From the NCBI RefSeq assembly GCF_018350175.1, contig NC_058368.1, forward strand, positions 201,006,001-201,070,000: a DNA stretch of 64,000 nucleotides. The letters are read 5' to 3'. Source of the stretch: Felis catus (lineage: Eukaryota). The notes below the pieces were generated by a model, which was given only the letters and a program-made list of their open reading frames with translations, had not been told where the DNA came from and did not search any database. The translations under genes were made by a program, and so were the position numbers. This document shows positions 53,820 to 64,000 of the stretch, one piece after another (positions within the stretch are counted from its first letter, which is position 1; the number at the start of each line of letters is the position of its first letter).

Positions 53820-54252
53820 GCCTGTGTTGACCAGAAGCCTTACCGATAACATAGTCAATTAACACAAATTTCATATGCTATATGTCTTATAGACTGTATT
53901 CTTTAAATTAAACTAGAAGAAAGAAAATAAGAGATAATACATTTACAATACTCTACGGTATTTATTGAAAAAATAGAAGAGGTCTCACACAGTTCAGGGC
54001 TCTCTGGGTGGCTCAGTTGGTTAAGCGTTTGACTCTGGATTTCTGCGTAGGTCATGATCTCACAGTTCATGCGCTCAAGCCCTGCGTCAGGCTCTGTGCT
54101 GACAGTGTGAGTTCTGCTTGGGATTCTCTCTCTCCCTCTCTCTCTGCTTTCCCCCCACTATCTGTATATCTCTCTCTTACAATAAATAAATAAACATTAA
54201 AAAAAAAGAGGTCTCACACAGTTCACACCCATGTTACTCAAGGGTAAACTAC
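53820..54252. mobile_element. Tigger2/MER8-like DNA transposon relic, split by a Can-SINE at 53997-54206 (+)
   Basis: gaagccttaccgataacat...gtcaattaacac and terminus cagttcacacccatgttactcaagggtaaact. SINE TSD aagaggtctcacacagttca. Confidence 0.75.
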
Positions 54253-54841
54253 AGGATTAGTTCATATATTCAATTTTACTTAGCCTCATATCACTTCTTT
54301 AGCTCTTCAATTCTTCCATATCACAACTTCTTTTGGATTCACCGTTCTTATTCCTGGAGTACATCCTTAACAACTTCCTTCAACTAGATGTATTGGTGGT
54401 CTGATTTTTATTTCACTTTTATTTCATTTTTATTTTCCTTTCGGAAAAGATAGTTTTACCTATTGTGGGATTTGAGATTGACATTTATTTTTAATTTGAG
54501 GTATCTATCTAACTAATGGTTAGTTAGATATATCTAATAATATCTAATAATAATATCATAATATCATAATATCTAATGGTATCTATCTAACTCTTCCTTC
54601 TTTAAACTTAGTTCATCTTCTCTGAATGCTTTCAATGTCTCTGCCTTTCATATTCTTCAGTATGCCTTTGGCATATCTAGGTGTGGATTGATTTCTACAT
54701 TTCTTGCTTTGGCTTTGCTGTGATGTTTTAGTATATATAGTATAGAATATTCCGAATTATTACCTCATCAGATAGAACTCTGTCACCTTCCCTTTTGCCT
54801 TTGGAATTATGATTAGATAAGTGTTAGAATATTTCACTCTA

Positions 54842-55050
54842 GGGGTGCCTGGGTAGCTCAGTCGGGTGAGTGTCTGGCTTCAGCTCAGGTCATGATCTTG
54901 CCATTCATGAGTTCGAGCCCAGTGTCAGGCTCTGTGCTGACAGCTTGGAGCCTGGAGCCTGCTTCAGATTCTGTCTCCCTCTCTCTCTGCCCCTCTTCCT
55001 GCTTGTGATGGCTCTCTCTCTCTCTCAAATATAAAGAAAATTTTTTTAAA
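54842..55050 (+). mobile_element. Can-SINE
   Basis: Head, CT tract and tail present. Confidence 0.95.
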
Positions 55051-55221
55051 AAATATTTGACTGTATCTTCACCTGTTAACCTTTTTTATATTTGCCATCT
55101 GTACTTTTCTGGGCTACATTCTCATAGGTCTCTACTAACCCATCATTCCAGGATACTCTAGCTATATCTAAATGAATTATCATTACATTTTATTTTCAAC
55201 TATCTCATTCTTATAATTTCT

Positions 55222-55244
55222 TTTTCTAATGTTTATTTATTTAT

Positions 55245-55302
<58 letters not shown>

Positions 55303-55426
55303 ACATCCCAAGCAAGCTCCACTGAGCATGGAACGCAATGTGGATCTCAATCTCAAGACCACAAGATCATGACCTGAGCTGAAATCAAGAGTCAGACACT
55401 TAATCAACTGAGTCACTCAGGCCCCC
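55222..55426 (-). mobile_element. Can-SINE with expanded (GA)n at about 55248-55298
   Basis: TSD ctcattcttataatttct. Confidence 0.95.
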
Positions 55427-55586
55427 CTCATTCTTATAATTTCTAACATCTTTTTAATTAATGAACACAGTAGTAAGAAACGATAAAGCCAAAATCTACA
55501 TAGAAGAAGGAATTTCCAGAAATAAGAGAAACATTGAGTCTTTTTCTGTCCCCAGGACATTCTTGATAACAGGGGGAATAAGTCAC

Positions 55587-55958
55587 CTTGGGTTGACTCA
55601 AGGTGGGGAATAAAATGGAAGCTTCTCCCTGCTTAAGGCAGGACTCCAAAGGCTTTGTTCTTAATAAAAACAGGAAGTGATGGTAAAGTTCTCCACCCTC
55701 TGTTCCCCAATTTTGCAAAAGAATTTGATTCCAAGCACAGCTGGAAGGAAAATCCACAAGGTGTTGGAATGATTAGCTAGTCTTTGCGTGGATGAACAGC
55801 AAAAAATTTTATCACCTGATGGTGCAAAAAATATTGCAAGTCCTACACTTAAAGGAATCACTGGCTAGTAGAGTTTCCAAGGTCTTGTAGTGAGCAAACT
55901 CAAATTCCCTATGCAGTAAAGAATCTTTATCCTTGATCCAAATAATTTTGGACAGCAC
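55587..55958 (-). pseudogene. Exon relic (372 bp; both ends in the same frame)
   Basis: gatgctcag|gtg...aag|gtgact. VLSKIIWIKDKDSLLHREFEFAHYKTLETLLASD ... GTEGGELYHHFLFLLRTKPLESCLKQGEASILFPTLSQPK. Confidence 0.65.
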
Positions 55959-56028
55959 CTGAGCATCTCAAAGTAAAAAACAAACAAACAAACAAACAAA
56001 ATAACAACAACAAAAAAAAACCCCACAA

Positions 56029-56148
56029 GGAGTACCTGGGTGGTTTATTCAGTTAAGCATCTGACTTCCACTCAGGTCATGATCTCAAGGTAAATGGATT
56101 TCCTACCCCACATCGGGCTCCACACTGACAATGTGGAGCCTGCTTGGG

Positions 56149-56184
<36 letters not shown>

Positions 56185-56233
56185 CCTCCCCAACTCATGC
56201 TTTCTCTCTCTCAAAAAATGAATAAAAATTAAA
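56029..56233 (+). mobile_element. Can-SINE
   Basis: Head, (CT)n and tail present. Confidence 0.93.
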
Positions 56234-56387
56234 CTTTGTAATATACATATTGAAAAAACACAGAAGAAAATGAAACAAAAAAGTTCTAAACTCATATCCA
56301 ACAGAAACAAGAATGCTGGTAAGCAAAGCTGCAAAACTTTCAGATGTGACACAGTTATCAGACACAGTTATGCAGATTATAAAATCA

Positions 56388-56394
56388 CTTAATT

Positions 56395-56429
<35 letters not shown>

Positions 56430-56586
56430 CAAGGGGAGAGGGAGAGGGAGACACACAATGTGAAGCAGTCTCCAGACTCTGAGACGCCAGCACAAAGCCA
56501 GACACAGGGCTTGAACCCACAAACCCCAAGATCATAACCTGAGCCGAAGTCGGACGCTGAACTGACTGAGCCACCCAGATGTCCCA
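56388..56586 (-). mobile_element. Can-SINE
   Basis: Antisense head and (GA)n tract. Confidence 0.93.
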
Positions 56587-56731
56587 GAAAGAAATACCTC
56601 TGAAGGTTCAAATATGGGAAGACTTCAAATATAGAAAATAGTTCGAAAATTTTTCTTTTAAAAAAAAATAAGATACAATATGTACAAAATAGCATCATTC
56701 AAAAAAATCTGAAAGGAATCATAAGAAATTC

Positions 56732-56946
56732 TTTTTTTTAAGTTTATTTCTTTGTTTTGAGAGAGATAGAGAGCACACGAGCAAGGGAGGGGCAGTGAGA
56801 GAGGTAGAGAGGGGGAATCCCAAGCAGGCTCTGTACAGTCAATGCCCAGAGCCCAATGCTGGGCTGGAAATCACGAAACCATGAGATCATGACCTGAGCT
56901 GAAATCAAGAGCCCGATGTTCAACCAACTGAGCCACCCAGGAGCCC
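56732..56946 (-). mobile_element. Can-SINE
   Basis: TSD cataagaaattct. Confidence 0.95.
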
Positions 56947-57580
56947 ATAAGAAATTCTAAATGGTGGAGATGTCTGTAACTGAGATCAGGATCTGTGGGA
57001 AGAAAACATCTATCCATTTTAAACTTGTCTGTGCTGTGTGATTTTTTTTTCTTTTTTACTATGAGCATGTATTACATTTGTAATTAAAATCCATTAAGAG
57101 AAAACCCATAAATGTATGCAATAATTTATGCACATAAATGTTCACTATAGTTGTAAAATAAAACACTGATAGTGTACTCACAGTAATTATGATATTTAGC
57201 CTATTTTAATATCATGCTACCTGCTATCATTAGTAATAATGTTTTAAAGTAATATTTGATAACATGGGAAATACTCATAATGAAATGTGAAAAAGTGTTA
57301 CATGCACACATATATAATGTGGTCTAAATATTATCAAAATAAGAAAAGAAATGTACACATATATACCCCTATTGAAAATATGTGTCAAAATGTTAATCTA
57401 TCTGATTGGGAACATGTATTTGTTTTGATTTCCTTCCTTAGCTTTTTTTTCTTACTTTCAAAGTTTTGTATAATGAAATATTTATTTCAATAATCCGTAG
57501 AAAACAAAACTATTACAAATGTGAGTGATGTATATAGAGGTTTAGAGACACAATAGAGGATATAATAAAAAGTTATCTTT

Positions 57581-58245
57581 GGGGTGCCTGGGTAGCTCAG
57601 TTGATTGAGCCTCAGACTCTTGATTTCTGCTCAGGTCATGATCTCATGGTTCATAGGTTCAAGCCCCACATGGGGCTCTGAGCTGACAATGCAGAGCATG
57701 CTTGGGATTCTCTCTCTCCAGCTAGTTCTCCCTCTGCCCCTCCCCCACTTGCACATGTTTTCTGTCTCTACTTCTCTCAAACTTTTTTTAAAAAAAGTTA
57801 CATTTTGGAGCACCTGGGTGGCTCAGTCAGTTAAGCATCTGACTCTTGGGGCTCCTGAGTGGCTCAGTCGATAAAGCATCTGACTTAGGCTTAGGTCATG
57901 ATCTCCCGGTTGGTGAGTTTAAACCCAGCATCAGGTTCTGTGCTGACAGCTCAGAGCCTGGAGACTGCTTCTGACTCTGTGTCTCCCTCTTCGCTTTGCC
58001 TCTCCCTCCCTCTCTCTGTCTTTTTCTCTGTCTCTCTCAAGAATAAATAAACATAAAAAAATAAATAAATAAAAGCACCTGACTTGATTTCTTCTCAGGT
58101 CATGATCTCATGGTTCTTGAGTTGGAGCCCTGCTTGGGGCTCTGTGCTGACAGTGGGGAGCCTGCTTGGGATTCTCTGTATCTCCCTGTCTCTCTACCCT
58201 TCCCCCACTCACACTGTCTCTCTCTAAATAAATAAACTTAAAAAA
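57581..58245 (+). mobile_element. Cluster of three Can-SINEs: 57581-57795, then 57807-58245 interrupted by 57848-58072
   Basis: Three SINE heads; nested TSD aagca(t/c)ctgact. Confidence 0.93.
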
Positions 58246-58513
58246 TGTTACCTTTCTTCTCCTATAAGCATCATGTTGTTTATTTTCATCTTTATTAAAG
58301 TATATAAATACCAGTAGAACATAAGTAAAGTTCTACAGTAAGAGATACACATATTTAGAGCTATACAGATTTGGGTGGATTGAAAGGACCACTAGGAAGA
58401 GTAACGTTCATCCGCTGGCAAGTATGATTCACTTGTTGCTGTTGTAGCAGAAGTATTAGAAGGCTGTAGAGTGTTTTGAATGAACATACACAGCAGCTGG
58501 TGTGTATCTCTTT

Positions 58514-58724
58514 TTTTTTTTTTTTCAACGTTTATTTATGGGACAGAGAGAGACAGAGCATGAACGGGGGAGTGGCAGAGAGAGAGGGAGACACAGAATC
58601 GGAAACAGGCTCCAGGCTCTGAGCCAACAGCCCAGAGCCTGACGCGGGGCTCCAACTCCCAGACCGCGAGATCGTGACCTGCCTGAAGTCGGACGCTTAA
58701 CCGACTGCGCCACCCAGGCGCCCC
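58514..58724 (-). mobile_element. Young felid Can-SINE
   Basis: CpG-rich; perfect TSD ggtgtgtatctcttt at 58499-58513 and 58725-58739. Confidence 0.97.
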
Positions 58725-59027
58725 GGTGTGTATCTCTTTAAAAGAACATGTATGTTCAGATATGTGTGTTACTGTTACTTTTCTGCTAAGCAGAGGGAGT
58801 CATGGGTTTAAAAACTACCATGTTAGTACATCTGGGGTTTTTCCCCCCACATACCTGTTAGGAACTTCTTTATTTCCTATCAGCTGTTAAAACTGAAGAA
58901 GGAAAAGGAAAGCGAAAAAATATACTAATGTAGAACAACAAAAAAATGCTGTCACTGAAATTTGCATAGTAATCACAATTAGGGAAATAGCTAAAGGATT
59001 CTAGGGTACCGGTAATTAAAGGTTCAC

Positions 59028-59142
59028 CTGATATATTCTCATTCTATTTGGAAACATCACAATTCTAGTTTCCTGGTTTGTAATTTTGTAATGTATTCTC
59101 TGCAGAAGAAACACAGCATGTGTTGACCTGATTTGTTTCAAT

Positions 59143-59175
<33 letters not shown>

Positions 59176-59730
59176 GTCTGTGGTTGGTGACAGAAATCTT
59201 TTAGACAAAAATAAACCTCTTTATTCATTATTTTTTATCATGAATCGTATTAAGCGCCCTTAGGAAAATTAGATCTGGTAACCATTATTCAAAAAGTTAC
59301 CCCAATTATTTTCTTTTAATCCATGAGTATCTATAAGCCTGCATAATTTTTTTAGGTGTTTAAGAAATAATACTCTTCTTGGGTACTTTTAATTTCACTT
59401 TATTTTCTATGAGTTTTTATATAAAATATCATTCAATCATAGTTTTGTGGACCGTGCAATCGCTTACATGAAGAGAAATTCCTTGAAGTTTAATGCTTAT
59501 ACTCATTTTCTGCTTCAGAGAAGTTTTAAGTGAATAAACATATATCCATGTAAGAAAAAAAGTCTGCCTTCAGCATGAAGAGGCCTCAAGAAGTATTTGC
59601 GATAACCGGGTCCCTGAGGCAAGCAAACCTGAAATCTTCCTGACTAGGTTTAAGTCTTTAGAGATTGATTTGATTGCTTCTTAAGAAAGTAATTCCCTTA
59701 CTGTCAGCAATGCCTGCATCCAAAATTCAC
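59028..59730 (-). pseudogene. Two exon relics (59468-59730, 59028-59099)
   Basis: Donors gtaagc and cag|gtgaac; acceptor tgtttcttctgcag. EFWMQALLTVRELL; open 72-bp exon RIHYKITNQETRIVMFPNRMRIYQ. Confidence 0.55.
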
Positions 59731-60187
59731 CTTTCACAGGTAAAAAATAAAGCTTTCTATAAGTTCCTTAATAATATCACATAACTGATTATTTCTTATG
59801 TATTCCTTATTGCATAAACTGTATAGGTCCATAGATTTTGAACAAATAAGCTTTAGAGTTGAATTCATTATTTAATCCATCTTTTTTCATTATCTACTTT
59901 CTTACACTATCAAATATTTGGAATCATCTAATATTATGTATATTCATTTTTCATCCAATTCATTCTTGTATCAATAAAATTCCCATTGCTTCAAATACTT
60001 AAAAGTGTGTATAATAAATGAATTCATGAATATTTATTTATTCAGTTTGTGAAATGAATAAATAGATTAATGAATGAATGGAAACTTTGAGATAATAGAA
60101 GACAGCCATATTATCTTCCATTTGGTGACTTAAAATAAAAAATATATATACAGTAGGCTTTATTTACTATTTGAAAAGAAAATTATA

Positions 60188-60422
60188 TTTTTTCCTTTTT
60201 TCAAATTTTTATTTAAATTTGTTAGTTAACATACAGTATAATATTAGTTTCAGGTGTAGAATTTAGTGATTTAACACTTACATACAATACCCAGTGCTCA
60301 TCACAACAATTCGATGCTTTTACTTGAAAATATATATATTAGATTGATCATGGAATCTAAGAAACAAAACAGATGAACATATGGGAGGGGGACAAAAGAG
60401 AGAGGGAAACAAACCATAAGGG
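60188..60422 (-). mobile_element. Short L1 3'UTR insertion with an inverted 5' part
   Basis: T-rich tail and antisense L1 3' end (60188-60309), then a sense L1 3'UTR piece aaacaaaacagatgaacat...aaacaaaccataag (about 60349-60420). Confidence 0.8.
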
Positions 60423-61316
60423 TGATTATTTTTTTCTCTGACAGTGAACTTTTTCAAATGATCTCAATGTCTCCATTGGGTAGTAAGTGAGTTTTAGGAG
60501 AACTTCTAAACTGACAGGTGCATAGAAGGAAATAGTGTTTATTCATGTTTACATAGCACTCACCTATTCAGCTAAATAACCCTTTCACACAAAATGCATT
60601 TTTCTATGGACATGTACATATTTGTCCCTCCAAAAAGGTTACTTTTAGATGTGGAAAACTTACGAAAGGTGAATATTTAAAAGTGTAAAGTGATATCCTT
60701 TCAAAATCATGACACCTTTACCTTAGAAAATTTAAAACAATTTTAATCATGTATATTTCCTTCTTGATTCTATTGTGGTTAATATATTTGGTTATCAAAA
60801 GAATTTATAAAAATAATTATGAAAAACCGACTTGCTGCAAATACACAAGATAAAATATAGTAAACCTTAGATATGTTTGTGTCGGTTTGTCATACATTGT
60901 AGTCAAATATAAGAATAATTATAATAAGATATAAATAGAGTATTCTTAGAAGAGAAGGAAATGTAACAAGTTAAAACAATTTAAAGAAGTTTGCAAAGAA
61001 AACTTATCTTTAATTATATACTTTTTGAATTTTTAAAGGTCTTCTTACTTTTTCTTAGAAAGCAAATGCCATTAACATTAAAGTTTAGGAATCTGTCTTA
61101 CAATTTAAAAAAATTAATATTTACAATTATTTTATTCAGCTCAACAGACAAAGAAAAGGTAAAGTTATATGTTAAGTTGATGCCAGAGCAGCTCAACCAC
61201 TGTTTTTGATAATCGTTGCTTAATCAAATAATTTTAAATGTTCACAAGTTTGGGGAGGTGCTCTTTTTTAATGTTGGTGTTATTAGTTAACTATTTTTCT
61301 TTTTGCCATCCCATAC

Positions 61317-62031
61317 AATTTTCCCATTTAAAGAAAAGTGGAGAAAGTTGATAGTGTCCTGCAGCAAGAGCTCGTGTTTTTATGCCTTTGCAAAGAAACC
61401 AAGGACCAAGATGGTCAAATGGTCATTCTGCACATTGTACCTATTTTCTCAGGTATCTAAAACATATTCACAGCTTGTAATGCTAAACTTCCAGTATCGT
61501 GATAAACTAAGAATGTTTCACATATGTGTAACTAATACTTTAGAGAATATTAGGAAATAAAAGAAACCAGTACCTTATCAGGCATGGAGACAATTCAACA
61601 CTCTTAGAAGTGAACTACCGATCAAGTTATAGAAGGCTCATTGTGTATAAAATAATATTCTCCTTATCAGTGGCTTACTTTTAAGGGAAAAACAGAGACA
61701 ATTTGTAGTTTCACTGTGACTGTTTTGGTTTTATAGAAGGCCCTTCCTATAGAACCCCATTAGGGTGATTCTGTCCTTACCTACACCTTTGAGAAAGAAG
61801 CTGGTTTTTTTCAGGTAAGTGAAAGATTGTGCTGATTAATTTGTGCCCTATATGATAGCAGGAAACCCAGCTGGATTTCGCTTTAGAATCTCCGTACAGG
61901 TGAGTCTTTGTTAATGTGACTTGCACCAACTGCTTTTAACTTTGTAGAAACAAGGACAAAATTAGCCCTAATGCGCAGCAAAAACCTCCTGAAAATCTGT
62001 TAATTCTGCTAAAACCCAAAAGTACCTGGCT
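61317..62031 (-). pseudogene. Three exon relics (61781-62031, 61574-61677, 61317-61456)
   Basis: tttttccttctgcag|...tag|gtaagg; tttttcccttaaaag|...aag|gtactg; tgttttag|...|gtatgg. Peptides ARYFWVLAELTDFQEVF and QIFRRFLLRIRANFVL. Confidence 0.6.
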
Positions 62032-62224
62032 CTGCAGAAGGAAAAATATACCCTCAGATGAACCGACTATGTTGTTTAAGCCTAGGCAATGATTTCTCTA
62101 GCATCAAGAAAGAGACAGAAACAAACTACTCTTAAAAATGATTGTTTAATAATGGAATAGGAGGGAAAATTAGGAAAGCATTTCTCACACAACAAGTATT
62201 TTTACTGCATTTATAGTTTTGTTC

Positions 62225-62370
62225 CTTTGTTGTTGTTGTTGTTGTTTTTAAAGTAGGTTCCAGGCCCAGCATGGAGCCCAATGTGGGGCTTAAATTCACT
62301 ACCCTGAGATTAAGACCTGAGCTGAGATCAAGAGTTAGATGCTTAACCAACTAAGCCACCCAGGCGCCCC
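62225..62370 (-). mobile_element. Short Can-SINE (no CT tract) with a (CAA)n tail
   Basis: Antisense head agccacccaggcgcccc. Confidence 0.93.
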
Positions 62371-62949
62371 TAATGAAAAACTGTAAATTAGTTTCTGCAC
62401 CTCTCCAAAGAAACAGAATTTTTATCAATTTGATAATACCATGAATTAATATTTGCTAATAATTATGTTGGTTTAATATTGAGCAGCCAAAACATTAAGG
62501 TAGTTTATTCATACCTAGTGCCTCAGATTATCATGCCCAGCACTAGCACAAGCTTACGACATGCTTAATGCTACCAAGATGGTAACTAGTGAAGCAAAAA
62601 GATACTCTTAGAGATCGAACTTAGACAATTTTAATGTCTTCTGTTCTTCTAAGCCACTCCTAAGTAATAAATTTGGCTAATAGCTAAGGCAAGACAAGTA
62701 CTATTGCTGAGTACAGGTCATGTTAAACTTTACACAGTGGTTTCAAGATACTTGCAGAAAGTGAACTAATGTGTGAAAGATAAAAATATATCTGGATTTT
62801 ATAAAGTATATGCATATGGATGTATATATAGACCATTCTGATAGCAAGGGAGCCAACCTATGATTTTCTTTTAAGATTACAATTGATTCAAGTCAATTTT
62901 TCTATGGTTCAACAATTATTATTATTTTTTTTTTATCAATACTCTATAC

Positions 62950-63196
62950 TTCTGGCCCTGACTGGAAACGCCGAATAAAAAGTCACAAAAGAAATTCCCA
63001 TCCCCCAAAAAGCTGTTGCCTAATGAAGTACTCCTGGGAATCATATGGCTTTTACTGCACAAAGTTCAGGGTTTTTTTAAGCTCATCAGTCAAAGGATTA
63101 AAATGAAGTTCCCTGATACCGGAAACAAAACTAGCTGGCCTTGTGTCTGAGCTCTCACTAACACTTGCTTGCATGCTGTCCAACCTACTCAATTAC
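62950..63196 (-). pseudogene. Exon relic
   Basis: Acceptor atttatttgcag. LSRLDSMQASVSESSDTRPASFVSGIRELHFNPLTDELKKTLNFVQ*KPYDSQEYF. Confidence 0.55.
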
Positions 63197-63344
63197 CTGC
63201 AAATAAATTGTATAATTTTGCCCAAATGTTAAAATAACGATATCCCCCATCATATAATTATGAATTATACTGCAAATAAATGCTAAATGACATTCTTGCT
63301 CATTTTGTATTTATGACAAGAGGTGAAAATTTTAGTCGTACTAC

Positions 63345-64000
63345 CTCAAATATTTGAGGTTTTGAAATTGAACTGCAATAATTCTTTACAAATTCTTTCC
63401 TTTTCATTAGAGCACTTTCTTTAGGTTCATTAAATCCAGATAAACTAGTTCTGAATTTATCGTGTTTTTTGTAATGCTTAAATTTTGCTCTCACTGGCAA
63501 AATTACTTTTTTGTTGTTTATGCATTTAAATATCAGGGTAATTTTTTCTGACTACAAATAACCAGGGAGATAATGCATTTTCTTCTGGTGCTTCTCAACT
63601 CAGTAAGTACATGTACCTATTATTCTAACTATATAGCAGCTTTTATGTTTATATTTTGCATCACAGATGACAAATATAACAACACATGGTAACATGAAAC
63701 TCGAAGTCATAAGCTAAACTTTTCCTTTGTGACTGCAGAAAAGAACCAATGCACAAATGGCCACTTTATATGAGGAGAGTTCCCACGGTGAGAGAAGAAG
63801 TGTTCCCTGGACCATGCAGATGGCGGGGTTACCATTTGGTAAGGCTCTCCTCATTATAATATGAGAGCTCCATATAACAGGATGTTTGTTTTCTTTGACA
63901 AAATCAAGGTACTTGAGGAATACAACCAAACAGTATACCAATATTTGATCAAAACACCAAATCGTTTTTTAATTCTGAAACTCCACGATTCTTATCCTCT
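63345..64000 (-). pseudogene. Possible further exon relics running off the window edge
   Basis: Unique sequence with 66-aa and 75-aa open segments; candidate donors at 63344 and 63616. Confidence 0.35.

Larger units (their letters stand above)
52686..55220 (-). mobile_element. Ancient L1 (L1ME-like) relic with nested insertions
   Basis: Motifs tatccattctact, atgaacaatgctgccatgaatattct and ggtatctcattgtggtttaaattt. Confidence 0.7.
6668..63196 (-). pseudogene. Large decayed multi-exon gene, tentatively an RGS22/RGSL1-like multi-RGS-domain protein; probably extends beyond the window
   Basis: About 25-30 unique-sequence blocks with minus-strand splice sites and protein-like but disabled frames. 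Several RGS-like motifs. The family assignment is by recalled similarity only. Confidence 0.65.

Noticed and set aside
56195..56698. 167-aa ORF and similar MAQSV... ORFs
   Set aside because: Read-through of Can-SINE sequence and CT repeats.
6668..63196. Assigning the symbol RGS22 or RGSL1, or calling the gene functional
   Set aside because: Similarity is only at motif level and from memory, and stops and frameshifts occur in nearly every block.

Overview
AT-rich mammalian genomic DNA. The Can-SINE subfamily sequences and carnivore-type L1s point to a felid (cat-like) genome. No intact protein-coding gene is visible: the longer ORF-track entries are L1 ORF1/ORF2 fragments or SINE read-through. 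Repeats include two long + strand L1s (35-5467 with TSDs; about 38.3-46.2 kb), older L1, L2, CR1/L3, MIR, MaLR-LTR and DNA-transposon relics, about 25 Can-SINEs and several microsatellites. The main finding is in the unique DNA between the repeats: about 25-30 minus-strand blocks bounded by acceptor AG and donor GT sites, from about 63.2 kb down to about 6.7 kb. Their translations are protein-like but broken by stops and frameshifts, and several resemble RGS-domain motifs of the RGS22/RGSL1 type (similarity judged from memory, not by search). I interpret this as a large decayed multi-exon pseudogene for a multi-RGS-domain protein. Other notable items: an L1 whose 5'UTR is joined directly into ORF1 at a splice-like junction, a template-switch inverted duplication forming a 35-bp hairpin, a triple SINE insertion at one site, and a 5'-inverted L1 fragment.
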